From positions 288,001-352,000 of the forward strand of contig JAXHNB010000002.1 in the NCBI GenBank assembly GCA_034520945.1: 64,000 bases of DNA. Direction: 5' to 3'. The DNA comes from Trueperaceae bacterium. GTDB taxonomy: Bacteria > Deinococcota > Deinococci > Deinococcales > Trueperaceae. The notes below the pieces were generated by a model that saw only the letters and a list, made by a program, of their open reading frames with translations, was not told the DNA's origin and ran no database searches. Of the stretch, positions 9,149 through 18,336 are shown one piece after another (position 1 is the first letter of the stretch; every line of letters starts with the position of its first letter). The position numbers and the translations under genes were made by a program.

Positions 9149-10426
9149 TCAATTCCCCGTCGAAGCCACGACGGGATCGTGCAGGGTGTCGTGCGCCTGA
9201 TAGGCGGGGCCGCCGTGCTCGGCGATGTCGAGGCCGCGGACCTCCTCGGCGGGGCTGACGCGTAGGCCGAGCGTGGCCTTCAGGATCATGAATACGACGT
9301 AGCCGGCCACCAGTGCGCCGAGCGCGTAGGAGAACGCGCCGAGCAACTGGATGGGAATCGAGGCGCCGCCGAACACCCCGACCGCGACGGTGCCCCAGAT
9401 GCCCGCCACGCCGTGCACGCTGATCGCGCCGACGGGGTCGTCCACCTGCAGGCGGTCCAGGCCGATCACGCTGGCGACCACGATGACGCCGCCGATGGCG
9501 CCGGCGGCCACGGCCGCCAGGCCGACCACGACGTCCGGCCCCGCGGTGATCGACACCAGCCCGCCCAGCACGCCGTTAATGGTCATCGACACGTCGGGCT
9601 TGCCGAACGCGGCCCAACTGACCGCCATGGCCGCCACGCCGCCCGCCGCGGCCGCGAGGTTGGTGTTGAGGAACACGTTGGCGATGGCCTCCGCGTCCGC
9701 CTGCGTCGAGAACGCCAACTGCGAGCCGCCGTTGAAGCCGAACCAGCCGATCCAGAGGAGGAACATGCCCAGGCCGGCGTAGGCCAGGTTGTGGCCGGGA
9801 ATGGCCTGGGGCCGGCCGTGCAGATAGCGGCCCAGGCGCGGCCCGATCGCCAGGACCGCCCCCAGGGCCGCGAAGCCGCCGACGGCGTGCACGACGGAAC
9901 TCCCGGCGAAGTCGGCGAACCCCAACTCCGACAACCATCCACCGCCCCATTGCCAGGCGCCCATGAAGGGATAGATGAAGCCGGTCATCACCACCGAGAA
10001 GATCAGGTAGGCGGGAAAGCGCATGCGCCCCCCCACGGCGCCGGACACGATGGTGGCGGCGGTGGCGGCGAACACCATCTGGAAGAAGAAGTCCGCCTGG
10101 CTGGGGACGTTCATGCCGGTGACGTACTCGGCGAGGAACAGGCCGCCCCCGTACATGATCGTAAAGCCGACGGCCCAGTAGGCCAGGCCGGCCACGGCGA
10201 AGTCGGCGATGTTCTTCATGAAGATGTTGACGACGTTCTTGCTTTCGTGCAGCCCCGCCTCCAGCAACGCGAAGCCGGGCTGCATGAGGATCACGAGCAG
10301 GGCGCACACCAGGAGCGCGAAGGTGTCGAGCGCGAAGGCGACGTCCGCGACGCCTTCTTCTTGGGCGTAGGCGAGCGACGAGGCGAGGAATGCGGCCGAT
10401 AGGAACACGAGCCGGCAAATGTGCAC
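9149..10426 (-). CDS. amtB: Ammonium transporter
   Basis: DFAGSSVVH, WIGWFGFNGGS, DDPVGAISVHG (twin His present); GTG start after AAGGAGG. Confidence 0.95.
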   Translation of the reverse strand: MHICRLVFLSAAFLASSLAYAQEEGVADVAFALDTFALLVCALLVILMQPGFALLEAGLHESKNVVNIFMKNIADFAVAGLAYWAVGFTIMYGGGLFLAEYVTGMNVPSQADFFFQMVFAATAATIVSGAVGGRMRFPAYLIFSVVMTGFIYPFMGAWQWGGGWLSELGFADFAGSSVVHAVGGFAALGAVLAIGPRLGRYLHGRPQAIPGHNLAYAGLGMFLLWIGWFGFNGGSQLAFSTQADAEAIANVFLNTNLAAAAGGVAAMAVSWAAFGKPDVSMTINGVLGGLVSITAGPDVVVGLAAVAAGAIGGVIVVASVIGLDRLQVDDPVGAISVHGVAGIWGTVAVGVFGGASIPIQLLGAFSYALGALVAGYVVFMILKATLGLRVSPAEEVRGLDIAEHGGPAYQAHDTLHDPVVASTGN

Positions 10427-10480
10427 GGTGGGACCTCCTTGGGGAGACGCCGCGGCGGGATCTCCGCGACGATGCGCCAC

Positions 10481-10509
10481 ACTTTAGAGGCGATCGTGCA
10501 AGCTGTCAA
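10481..10509 (-). promoter_or_regulatory. Sigma70-type promoter of amtB-glnK
   Basis: On the minus strand TTGACA (10509-10504), 17-nt spacer, TAAAGT (10486-10481). Confidence 0.75.
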
Positions 10510-10530
10510 CTGAGAAGCGTTCAGATGACA
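10504..10530. promoter_or_regulatory. Operator-like inverted repeat overlapping the amtB -35
   Basis: TGTCAACTGA-N7-TCAGATGACA (9 of 10 positions pair). Confidence 0.55.
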
Positions 10531-10680
10531 CAGAAAAAGCATACGATCTGCATGAGAAGGCGCTTCATCGCGCAACGTGGTCAACAATAACCGGTCCAGT
10601 GACGTAGATTGCGATAACGCCACGAAACGAGCGCGGCCCGTGGGGACCGCGCCTCGCGTCGCCTGCTTCCGTTGGGACGC

Positions 10681-11751
10681 TCAGGTGTCCGCCAGCACCA
10701 ACCGTCCGTAGTCGCCGATCACCAGGGCGTGCGAGCGCGGGCGCGTCTCGTTCCCCTCCACGACGACGGAGGCGCCGATCAGGCTGGAGGCGATCCGGCC
10801 GTGCACGGCACGGACCGACGCACTCGGCCCCAACACGGCGTACTCGAGCTCGGCGTCGCGGACGGAGGACCCGTCCCCGAGCGTGGTGAACGGGCCGATG
10901 TAGGCGTCCTCGACCACGCACCCCGCACCGATCAGGGCGGGGCCCACGACGGTGCTGCGGCGCACTGTCGCGCCGGCCTCGACCACGACCTCGCCGAGCA
11001 GTCGGCTCTCATTCACGTCGCCGTCGATCCTCCGACGGCTTCTCGACAGAATCAGGCGGTTGGCGTCGAGGATGTCGTCGGGCTTGCCGGTGTCCTTCCA
11101 CCACCCTTCGAGCTGGACCGGCGCGACCTTCAGGTCGCGGCGAATCAGGCGGTGGATCGCATCGGTGATCTGGTACTCGCCCTTGGCGCCGGGCTCGAGC
11201 CCGTCGAGGGCGTCGTGGATGGTGGCATCGAAGACGTACACACCCGCAACGGCCAGGTTGGACGGCGGGTGCTCGGGCTTCTCCACCAGGTCCGTGATGC
11301 GGCCGTCCTCGACCTTCGCCACGCCGAACGCGCGCGGGTCGTCCACCGCCACCAGCGCCAGAACCGCGTTGACGCCTTCCTCGGGACGGAACGCCTCCAC
11401 GAACGGTCGGATGCCGTGCTCGAACAGGTTGTCGGACAGGTACATCACGAACGGTTCATCGGCCAAGAAGTCCCGCGAGACCATGACCGCATGGGCGAGG
11501 CCCTCCGGCGGATCCTGAAGCAGGTAGGTGAACGAGGCGCGATCACTGTACGATTCCAGCGCCTCGCGCAGGGCATCGCGCGTGTCGGGGCTCACCACGA
11601 CGCCGATGTCACGGACGCCTGCGTCCAAGAGATCGTCGACGGCGTAGTGGATGAGGGGCCGATTGGCCACGGCGATGATCGGTTTGGGGCGGAGGCTGGT
11701 GATGGGGCGCAAGCGCGTGCCCAGGCCGGCCGCCAGGATCAGTCCCTTCAT
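10681..11751 (-). CDS. rfbA: Glucose-1-phosphate thymidylyltransferase (long form) / sugar-phosphate nucleotidyltransferase
   Basis: MKGLILAAGLGTRLRPIT..PKP, LVEKP, GWWKDTGK, C-terminal hexapeptide-like repeats. Confidence 0.88.
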   Translation of the reverse strand: MKGLILAAGLGTRLRPITSLRPKPIIAVANRPLIHYAVDDLLDAGVRDIGVVVSPDTRDALREALESYSDRASFTYLLQDPPEGLAHAVMVSRDFLADEPFVMYLSDNLFEHGIRPFVEAFRPEEGVNAVLALVAVDDPRAFGVAKVEDGRITDLVEKPEHPPSNLAVAGVYVFDATIHDALDGLEPGAKGEYQITDAIHRLIRRDLKVAPVQLEGWWKDTGKPDDILDANRLILSRSRRRIDGDVNESRLLGEVVVEAGATVRRSTVVGPALIGAGCVVEDAYIGPFTTLGDGSSVRDAELEYAVLGPSASVRAVHGRIASSLIGASVVVEGNETRPRSHALVIGDYGRLVLADT

Positions 11752-11826
11752 GCTTCACGCTCCTTCGTCGGACGATACCGCACCGCCCCGTCCCGTCCTC
11801 CGGGCACGCGCGGGTATCGTGCCGCC

Positions 11827-12189
11827 ATGAGCGCGCACCGTCACGACATCCATCTCTACGTCGGCATGGACAATGACGGCGTCACCGGCATTCGCTGGGA
11901 GGCCGACGACGCACCCGAGCCCGGCGTTCACGACGCACGCGCCATGCTGTTGGCGTTGTGGGACGCCGACGCCCGCAACGCCATGCGCATCGACCTGTGG
12001 ACGCAGGAGATGACCGTCGAGGACATGAACGACTTCCTGTTCCAGACCCTGCTCACCCTCGGGGACACCTACCAGCGGGCGACGGGGGACAAGGACCTGA
12101 TGGCAGAGATGAAGATGTTCGCCCGCGAGTTCGCCGACAAGGCCTCGGCCCGCGAACGACGGCGACAGGGAGGGGCCGACGCCGGCTGA
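11827..12189 (+). CDS. gldC: GldC-like protein
   Basis: AMLLALWD..MRIDLWTQEMTVEDMNDFLFQTL..DTYQRAT.D closely resembles recalled Bacteroidota GldC; TATCGT 6 nt upstream of the ATG. Confidence 0.78.
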   Translation: MSAHRHDIHLYVGMDNDGVTGIRWEADDAPEPGVHDARAMLLALWDADARNAMRIDLWTQEMTVEDMNDFLFQTLLTLGDTYQRATGDKDLMAEMKMFAREFADKASARERRRQGGADAG

Positions 12190-12304
12190 CGCGCCCTGTG
12201 CGCTACGCTCCGAAGGGTGAGGGCCTGGCTCGCATCGCATGCGTTCCGGCGCGTCCCGGCGACGTGGCGTTCGAGGTGATCCTCGCGTCCGGCCGGGGTG
12301 CGGC

Positions 12305-13054
12305 TCAGTACGGGTAGGACCGTGATTCCTCGCCCACCACAAGGTCGGGGACGAGCGCGCGGGCGGCGGGGAGGTCCCGTTCGAGCTGGGCAGCAGGGGG
12401 GAGGTGCACCAGGATCAAGCGGCCGGCGCCGGCGTCCAGGCAGGCGCGCGCGGCCTGGGCGGCGCTGCTGTGCACCGACCCTTCGCCGGTCGCCTCGTGG
12501 ACGAGGAGGTCGCTGGCCCGGGCGAGGGCGACGATGTCCGGCGCGGGCGCCGTATCGCCCGCGTAGGTGGCGACGCGGCCGCTGGCCTCGTCCTCGAAGC
12601 GAAGGCCGACCACCGGCACGGCGTGGCGCCCGGGCGTGGCGCGCACGTGCCAGCCGTGCGCCCGGAGCACGAGTGCGTGTCGTTCGTGCGGCACCTCGTG
12701 CGGCTCCAGGCCGCCGTAGCCGTCGAACCCCGACACGTCGAACGCGTCGTGGACGCGCATCGCCTGCGCCAAGGCCGGCGCGATGCCGTAGACCGGTACG
12801 GGGGCGCGCCGGCCCATCAGCCACAACCGTTCCATCATCAGGGGCAGACCGGCGACGTGGTCGGCGTGCTCGTGGGTCACGATCAGGGCGTCCAGCGCGA
12901 CGGGATCCAGGCCTGCCGCCACCATGCGCGGCACCACGTCCCCACCGCAGTCGACCAAGAGGACCCCGCGGCCGTTGTCGAGGGCCATCATCGTCGCGGT
13001 GCGATGGGGGTCGCTGACCACGGCTCCGGTTCCCAGCAGGTGAAGCGTCGGCAT
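12305..13054 (-). CDS. MBL-fold metallo-hydrolase, RNase Z/BN-like
   Basis: LLGTG, LVDCG, THEHADH, YAGDT, LLVHEAT and LILVH motifs. Confidence 0.85.
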   Translation of the reverse strand: MPTLHLLGTGAVVSDPHRTATMMALDNGRGVLLVDCGGDVVPRMVAAGLDPVALDALIVTHEHADHVAGLPLMMERLWLMGRRAPVPVYGIAPALAQAMRVHDAFDVSGFDGYGGLEPHEVPHERHALVLRAHGWHVRATPGRHAVPVVGLRFEDEASGRVATYAGDTAPAPDIVALARASDLLVHEATGEGSVHSSAAQAARACLDAGAGRLILVHLPPAAQLERDLPAARALVPDLVVGEESRSYPY

Positions 13055-13152
13055 CGTCGGTCCCCTCCCGAGGTACGTCGCTATGATAGGCGGCTCGTGG
13101 CGCGCGCCGGCGGCCATGCGTCACGTCGCGGTCGCGGGCCGGCGTGCCGGCC

Positions 13153-13518
13153 TCAGGTGAGACGCGTTCCGTTGGCGACGGGACGCTCCACGGTGGCGAG
13201 GACGACGCCGTCGGGCCCCTCGAAGCCGGTGACCAGGCACTCCGAGGTGAACGGGCCCACCTGGCGCGGTGGGACGTTGACCAACGCCACCACCTGCATG
13301 CCGACGAGGTCCTCGGCCGCGTACAGGTCGGTGATCCGCGCGCTGGAGGCGCGCGTGCCGATCGCGGGCCCGAAGTCGACCCACAGCTTCCAGGCGGGCT
13401 TGCGCGCTTCGGGGAACGGCGCGACCTCCCGGATGGTTCCGACGCGAAGGTCGGTGGCGAAAAAGGTGTCGGTGTCCGTGGTCGGCGCGAGGGGATTGCG
13501 CGTCGGGTCGGAGTGCAT
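13153..13518 (-). CDS. csaA: CsaA / tRNA-binding (Trbp111-like) protein
   Basis: DLRVGTI..FPEARKPAWKLWVDFG..SSARIT..VNVPPRQVGPFTSECLVTG. Confidence 0.88.
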   Translation of the reverse strand: MHSDPTRNPLAPTTDTDTFFATDLRVGTIREVAPFPEARKPAWKLWVDFGPAIGTRASSARITDLYAAEDLVGMQVVALVNVPPRQVGPFTSECLVTGFEGPDGVVLATVERPVANGTRLT

Positions 13519-13644
13519 GCGCCAAGGCTACCGCGTCCAGAATGCACCCGAGTCCGTCCACGGCGGCCTGGTCGCCGTAGGGGCGACCTGGTACCTTGTG
13601 CCGAGTTCGGCGGCGGGCGTCGCCCGCGCCGATCCGGAGGTGCC

Positions 13645-14109
13645 ATGATCGAACCGCAGACGTTCCGAGACGCGCTCGGGCGCTTCGCCACCGGCGTCAC
13701 CGTGGTCACCATGGATCAGCCGGGCGGACCGCGTGGCATCACCGTCAACGCGTTCCTGTCGCTGTCGTTGACGCCACCGCTGGTCGGCATCGCGATCGAC
13801 CGAAGCGCCGGCGCGCACGGAACGCTGCTCGAGGTGCCCGCCTACGGCGTGTCGGTATTGGCGGCGTCCCAACGAGAGCTCTCGGATCGGTACGCGGGCC
13901 GCACCACGGCGGCCGAGGCCACGTTCGGGCGCCTCGGGGCGGTGCCCGTCGTCGAGGGCGCCATCGCGCAACTGGCATGCCGGATCGCGCAACGCCTGCC
14001 GGTCGGCGATCACACCCTGTTCGTCGGCGAGGTAGAGGAGGCCGTCACGAGGGCGGGAACGCCGCTGCTGTACTACCAGGGCCGCTACGGGGTCGACGAC
14101 GCCCCCTGA
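13645..14109 (+). CDS. Flavin reductase family protein
   Basis: FRDALGRFATGVTVVT, SLSLTPPLV, GDHTLFVGEV, PLLYYQG; GGAGG RBS. Confidence 0.9.
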   Translation: MIEPQTFRDALGRFATGVTVVTMDQPGGPRGITVNAFLSLSLTPPLVGIAIDRSAGAHGTLLEVPAYGVSVLAASQRELSDRYAGRTTAAEATFGRLGAVPVVEGAIAQLACRIAQRLPVGDHTLFVGEVEEAVTRAGTPLLYYQGRYGVDDAP

Positions 14110-14135
14110 ACGCCCGCACGTTCCGCGGAGCGCGA

Positions 14136-15413
14136 CTACGACACCTGGGGGCGAAGCGCGTCCGGCCGGACGGGCCGTCCCGAGCGCCGCGACGCTTCGG
14201 CGGCGAACGCCATCACGTGGCTGTCGATCGATGCCGATAGCGCCGTCCGTCCGGCCCCGTCACCACGGCGCAGTCGCGTCAGCAGGTCGAACACCAGCGT
14301 GTCGTCCGCGGCGGCGTGACCCAGGGAGGACCCGACGTGCACGACCTCCTCCCGGCCCGCCGCGAAGTCGTGAAGGCGCAGCGTCCCCTGCGCCATGTGA
14401 CCGCGGATCTCCCCGTGCGTACCCATCAGGTGGATGGTTCGGGTGTTCTCCTCGCTGAACGCGGTCACCGTCAGCGTGGCCGTCACGCCGCCCGCGAAGC
14501 GCAGCGAAACCACCTGGTGATCGGGTTGGTCGTTGTCGCCGTGGTACACGCAGCGGCCGTACGGCCCCTCTCGCAGGGCGTCCAGCAGGGCCCCCGGGCC
14601 GCCGCCCGGCGCGACCACGTCGTTGGGCCACCCGGCGTCGCCCCCGAAGCGCTCCAGATAGATCCGGATCGCGGAGTAGGGGCAGCGGCGTTCCACCGCG
14701 CAGCCGCCCAGGCAGCGGTCGGTGGCGCCTTCGGGGGCGTTGCCGGGCCGAAAATGGTGCAGCGCCCCGAGGGAGTGGACCTCTTCGCAGGGTTCGTCCA
14801 CCAGCCAACGAAGCAGGTCCAGGTCGTGGCACGCCTTGGCGAGGATCATGGGGCTGCTCTCGTCCTGGCGGCGCCAGTTTCCGCGCACGTAGGAGTGGGC
14901 GAAGTGCCAGTGGCCGACGTTCTCGACGTGGTCCACGCCCACCAGGTCGCCGATGCGTCCCGCCCGAAGGAGCTCCCGGAGGGTGGCGAAGAACGCGGCG
15001 TGGCGAAGCACGTGTGCCACGGTCACGGTGCCGCTCGACTTTGCGGCGGCGTCCTCGAGCGCCAGCACCTCCGACAAGGTCGGGGCGATGGGCTTTTCCA
15101 GCAACAGGTGGATCCCCCGGGCCAGGGCGGCCTGGGCCGGCGCCACATGCAGCGTGTCCGGCGTCGCCACCACCAGCAGTTCAGGCGGACGGGGCGCGGA
15201 CAGCAGGGCCTCCCAGCCGTCGAAGCGGCCCTCGGGCGGCACCTCGTGTCGCGCCGCCAGCCGTTCGCGCCGGTCTTCGTCGGGATCCGCCACGGCCACG
15301 ATGCGTGCCATGCTGGGACGGCGCGCCAGTGCCTCGGCGTACACGCCGGCCCCACGCTGGCCGGCGCCAACGATGCCGACGCGGAGGGGCGTCTCGTTCA
15401 TCTCTTCGTCCAT
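14136..15413 (-). CDS. Gfo/Idh/MocA family NAD(P)-dependent oxidoreductase
   Basis: VGAGQRG, LLEKPI, HFAHSYVRGNWR, KACHDLD. Confidence 0.9.
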   Translation of the reverse strand: MDEEMNETPLRVGIVGAGQRGAGVYAEALARRPSMARIVAVADPDEDRRERLAARHEVPPEGRFDGWEALLSAPRPPELLVVATPDTLHVAPAQAALARGIHLLLEKPIAPTLSEVLALEDAAAKSSGTVTVAHVLRHAAFFATLRELLRAGRIGDLVGVDHVENVGHWHFAHSYVRGNWRRQDESSPMILAKACHDLDLLRWLVDEPCEEVHSLGALHHFRPGNAPEGATDRCLGGCAVERRCPYSAIRIYLERFGGDAGWPNDVVAPGGGPGALLDALREGPYGRCVYHGDNDQPDHQVVSLRFAGGVTATLTVTAFSEENTRTIHLMGTHGEIRGHMAQGTLRLHDFAAGREEVVHVGSSLGHAAADDTLVFDLLTRLRRGDGAGRTALSASIDSHVMAFAAEASRRSGRPVRPDALRPQVS

Positions 15414-15439
15414 GGGCGCCACCTCCTGAACGGCCGTGC

Positions 15440-16279
15440 CTACAGCCCGCGCAGCGTCGCCAGGTCGCGCGCGTGCCCCTCGCCGTCGTCCCCGAGGGGC
15501 GTCTCCAGGATCATGGGCAGATCGTCGAAGCGTTCGTCGTGCACCAAGCGTGCGAAGAAGGCGCGTCCGAGCTCGCCCTCGCCGATGTTGGCGTGGCGGT
15601 CACGGAACGATCCCAGCCCTTGCTGGGCGTCGTTGAGGTGCCACGCGCTCAGGCGCGCGCGGCCCGGCCCGGCGTCCAGCTCGTCCAGCAGTCGGTCCAG
15701 TCCGCCCGCGTCGCGCAGATCGTAGCCGGCCACGAACGCGTGGCAGCTGTCCAGGCAGATCTCCAGCCGGTCTGGCTCGGCCACGCCCTGAACGATGCGG
15801 TCGAGCTCATCGACGCTCAATCCCAGGGTGTTCCCCTGACCGGCCGTGTTCTCCAGCAGCACCTTGGTGCGGACCGACGGGTGCTCCGCGAACACGGCGT
15901 CCAGGCTGCGCGCCACCGCGTCCAGGCCCTCCTCGCGCGTCCGGCCGGTGGCCGACCCGGGGTGAAGGACCAGGCCCGGGACGCCCAGCGCATGGCAGCG
16001 TTCCAACTCGTCCCCCAGCGAAGCGCGGGACTTGGCCAGCACCTCCTCCTTGGGGCTCGCCAGGTTGATCAGATAGCCGGAATGCGCGATCACCGGCATG
16101 CCCGAGGCGTCGCGCGCCTGACGAAACGACTGCGCCTCCTCTTCGGAGCGCGGCTTGTTGCGCCACTGGTTGGGGCTCTTCACGAAGATCTGGAAGGCGT
16201 CGCAGGCCAGGTCGTTGGCCCGTGCCACCGCCTTGGGTGCGCCGCCGGCGACGGACACGTGTGCTCCGAGTCGTCCCAT
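15440..16279 (-). CDS. nfo: Endonuclease IV (AP endonuclease)
   Basis: LGAHVSVAGG, HSGYLINLAS, HPGS, LLENTAGQG, CLDSCH, HLND, DRHANIGEG, ILETP. Confidence 0.94.
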   Translation of the reverse strand: MGRLGAHVSVAGGAPKAVARANDLACDAFQIFVKSPNQWRNKPRSEEEAQSFRQARDASGMPVIAHSGYLINLASPKEEVLAKSRASLGDELERCHALGVPGLVLHPGSATGRTREEGLDAVARSLDAVFAEHPSVRTKVLLENTAGQGNTLGLSVDELDRIVQGVAEPDRLEICLDSCHAFVAGYDLRDAGGLDRLLDELDAGPGRARLSAWHLNDAQQGLGSFRDRHANIGEGELGRAFFARLVHDERFDDLPMILETPLGDDGEGHARDLATLRGL

Positions 16280-16334
16280 GAGGCCGAGTGTACCGGGGGC
16301 GAGGGCCGGGAACGCGGGTGGTAGCATCCAGCGC

Positions 16335-17096
16335 GTGGTCGCCGCGCAGCTGTTCGCCCCCAGCGCCGAGGAGCTCGTCGCGTTCCTTCGCGCGCACCTG
16401 GGCGTGGCGGGCCGGCTGCTTCAGGTGGGCGGCGAGATGGAGGTCCTCTATCACGGCCGCGCCGCCAGCAGTGCCGACGCCGGCGACTACCTGCTGCTGT
16501 TGAAGCCCGACGGCAGCCTTCAGGTGCATGCGGCGCGCGGCATCAAGCCGCTCAACTGGCAGCCGCGCACCGACGAGACGACGATCGAGATCGACGACGG
16601 CCGCGCCGTGCTGGTCGCGCAACGCACCAGCCCCCGTGAGATCGTTCGGGTGACGTTCACGGAGACGGCGTTCGCCCTCGCCCTGGCGCCGCGGGACGAA
16701 GGGGGTCTCACCCTCCGGGGCAGCGAAGCGCAGATGCGCAGGGCGCTCGCCCGCGCGCCCGACCTGATCGAGTTGGGCCTCGAAGTGCTGGACGAGGAGC
16801 TTCCCGTCGGGGTCGGCGGCATCGATCTGTACGGCCGGGACGTGCACGGACGGCTGGTGGTGGTGGAGCTCAAGCGCGGCAAGGCGACGCACGAAGCGGT
16901 TCACCAGCTCGAACGCTACGTGCTGCGCATCCGGGAGGAGACCGGCGCGGAGGTGCGCGGCATCCTCGCCGCACCCGAGATCACCGTCCCCGCGCGGTCG
17001 CGACTTGCGGAGCGCGCCCTGGAGTACCGCGAGGTCACCGCGTTGCCGGACGACGACGACGACGACGTGGTTCAGCCGTCGCTGTTCGACCCCTGA
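16335..17096 (+). CDS. nucS: Mismatch-specific endonuclease NucS/EndoMS
   Basis: YHGRA, LLLLKPDGSLQVH..KPLNWQP, IDLYGRD..VVELKR..QLERY; TAGCAT 7 nt before the GTG. Confidence 0.9.
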   Translation: MVAAQLFAPSAEELVAFLRAHLGVAGRLLQVGGEMEVLYHGRAASSADAGDYLLLLKPDGSLQVHAARGIKPLNWQPRTDETTIEIDDGRAVLVAQRTSPREIVRVTFTETAFALALAPRDEGGLTLRGSEAQMRRALARAPDLIELGLEVLDEELPVGVGGIDLYGRDVHGRLVVVELKRGKATHEAVHQLERYVLRIREETGAEVRGILAAPEITVPARSRLAERALEYREVTALPDDDDDDVVQPSLFDP

Positions 17097-18211
17097 CCGC
17101 CGGTGCCGGCACCGGGGTCGAGCGAGGGGGCGGGGGCGCCGTCGGCCGCCTCGCGATCGAGGCGTGCCAGCAGGTCGGGATCGTCGCGCAACACCTGAAT
17201 GAACGCGTCGACCACGCGAGGTGCGAACCAACGTCCCCGCTGCTGGCGGATCTCGGCCACGGCCGTGTCGACCGGCCAGGCCGGCTTGTACGGGCGTTCG
17301 TTGACGAGGGTGTCGAACACGTCCGCCAGCGCGACCAGCTGCCCCTCCAGCGGAATCTCGTCCCCGGAGAGCCCGCGCGGGTAGCCGCTGCCGTCCCACC
17401 GCTCGTGGTGCGTCAGCGCGACCGTCCGCGCGAGCGCCATCAGCTCGCTGTGGCCCTCGGCCAACAACTGGGCGCCGACGTCGACGTGTTCCTGCATCGC
17501 TTCGAACTCGGGCGTGGACAGGCGCCCGGGCTTCAGCAAAATGGCGTCGGGGATGCCGATCTTTCCGACGTCGTGCAGCGGGGCGGCCCGCTCCAGCAGC
17601 TCGACGCGGGACGCTTCCATGCCCAACCGGCCGGCCAGCAAGGCCGCCAGCCGCCCGACGCGCTGCGTGTGCCTCCCCGTGACGTAGTCGCGAAACTCGG
17701 CCGCCAGCGCCAATCGTTCGAGAAGGTCCAGGCGCGCCATTTCGAGCTCGGTGGTGCGCGCTCGCACTTGGGTCTCCAGGTGCGCGGCGTGCTGCACGAG
17801 CGCTTGGTGGTAGAAGCGCGTCCGCAGTAGGTTCTGCACCCGGAGGTGGATCTGCGCGGCGCGGAACGGTTTGGTGATCACGTCCTTGGCGCCACGCTCG
17901 AGCGCCTCCTGTTCGGCGTCGGGCGAGGTGTCGGCGGTGATGACGGCGACGGGGAACCAGTCGTCCGGCGGCCGGCCGGCCATGACCTGCGAGATCAGCT
18001 CGAGCCCGTTCAAGGTCGGCATGCGCAGGTCGGTGATCAGCAGGTCGACGTCGTGCTCGGTGATCAGGCCCTGCGCACGGTGCGGGTCGTCGCAGGTGAG
18101 GACCGCGCGGTACCCCTGACGTTCCATGATTCTGCGGAGCAGCACCAGGTTGACCTCTTCGTCGTCGACGAAGAGGATGCGGGCATCCTTGGGATCGCGC
18201 AACAGGTCCAT
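17072..18211 (-). CDS. Response regulator with HD-GYP cyclic-dinucleotide phosphodiesterase domain
   Basis: REC domain (VDDE, TDLRMP, TKP) plus HDVGKIGIPD, HHERWDGSGYP and RPYK. Confidence 0.92.
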   Translation of the reverse strand: MDLLRDPKDARILFVDDEEVNLVLLRRIMERQGYRAVLTCDDPHRAQGLITEHDVDLLITDLRMPTLNGLELISQVMAGRPPDDWFPVAVITADTSPDAEQEALERGAKDVITKPFRAAQIHLRVQNLLRTRFYHQALVQHAAHLETQVRARTTELEMARLDLLERLALAAEFRDYVTGRHTQRVGRLAALLAGRLGMEASRVELLERAAPLHDVGKIGIPDAILLKPGRLSTPEFEAMQEHVDVGAQLLAEGHSELMALARTVALTHHERWDGSGYPRGLSGDEIPLEGQLVALADVFDTLVNERPYKPAWPVDTAVAEIRQQRGRWFAPRVVDAFIQVLRDDPDLLARLDREAADGAPAPSLDPGAGTGGQGSNSDG

Positions 18212-18336
18212 GCGAACCTCTCCGTGCCGGCGGCCTCGAACAGGGCTAGCATACAAGGCGCGATGCCGGCCTGCAGCGGAGGGGCGAATGGGGAACGCCA
18301 CGTCGCGCCGTGAACGTCGCTTGCTAGACTCGCCTC

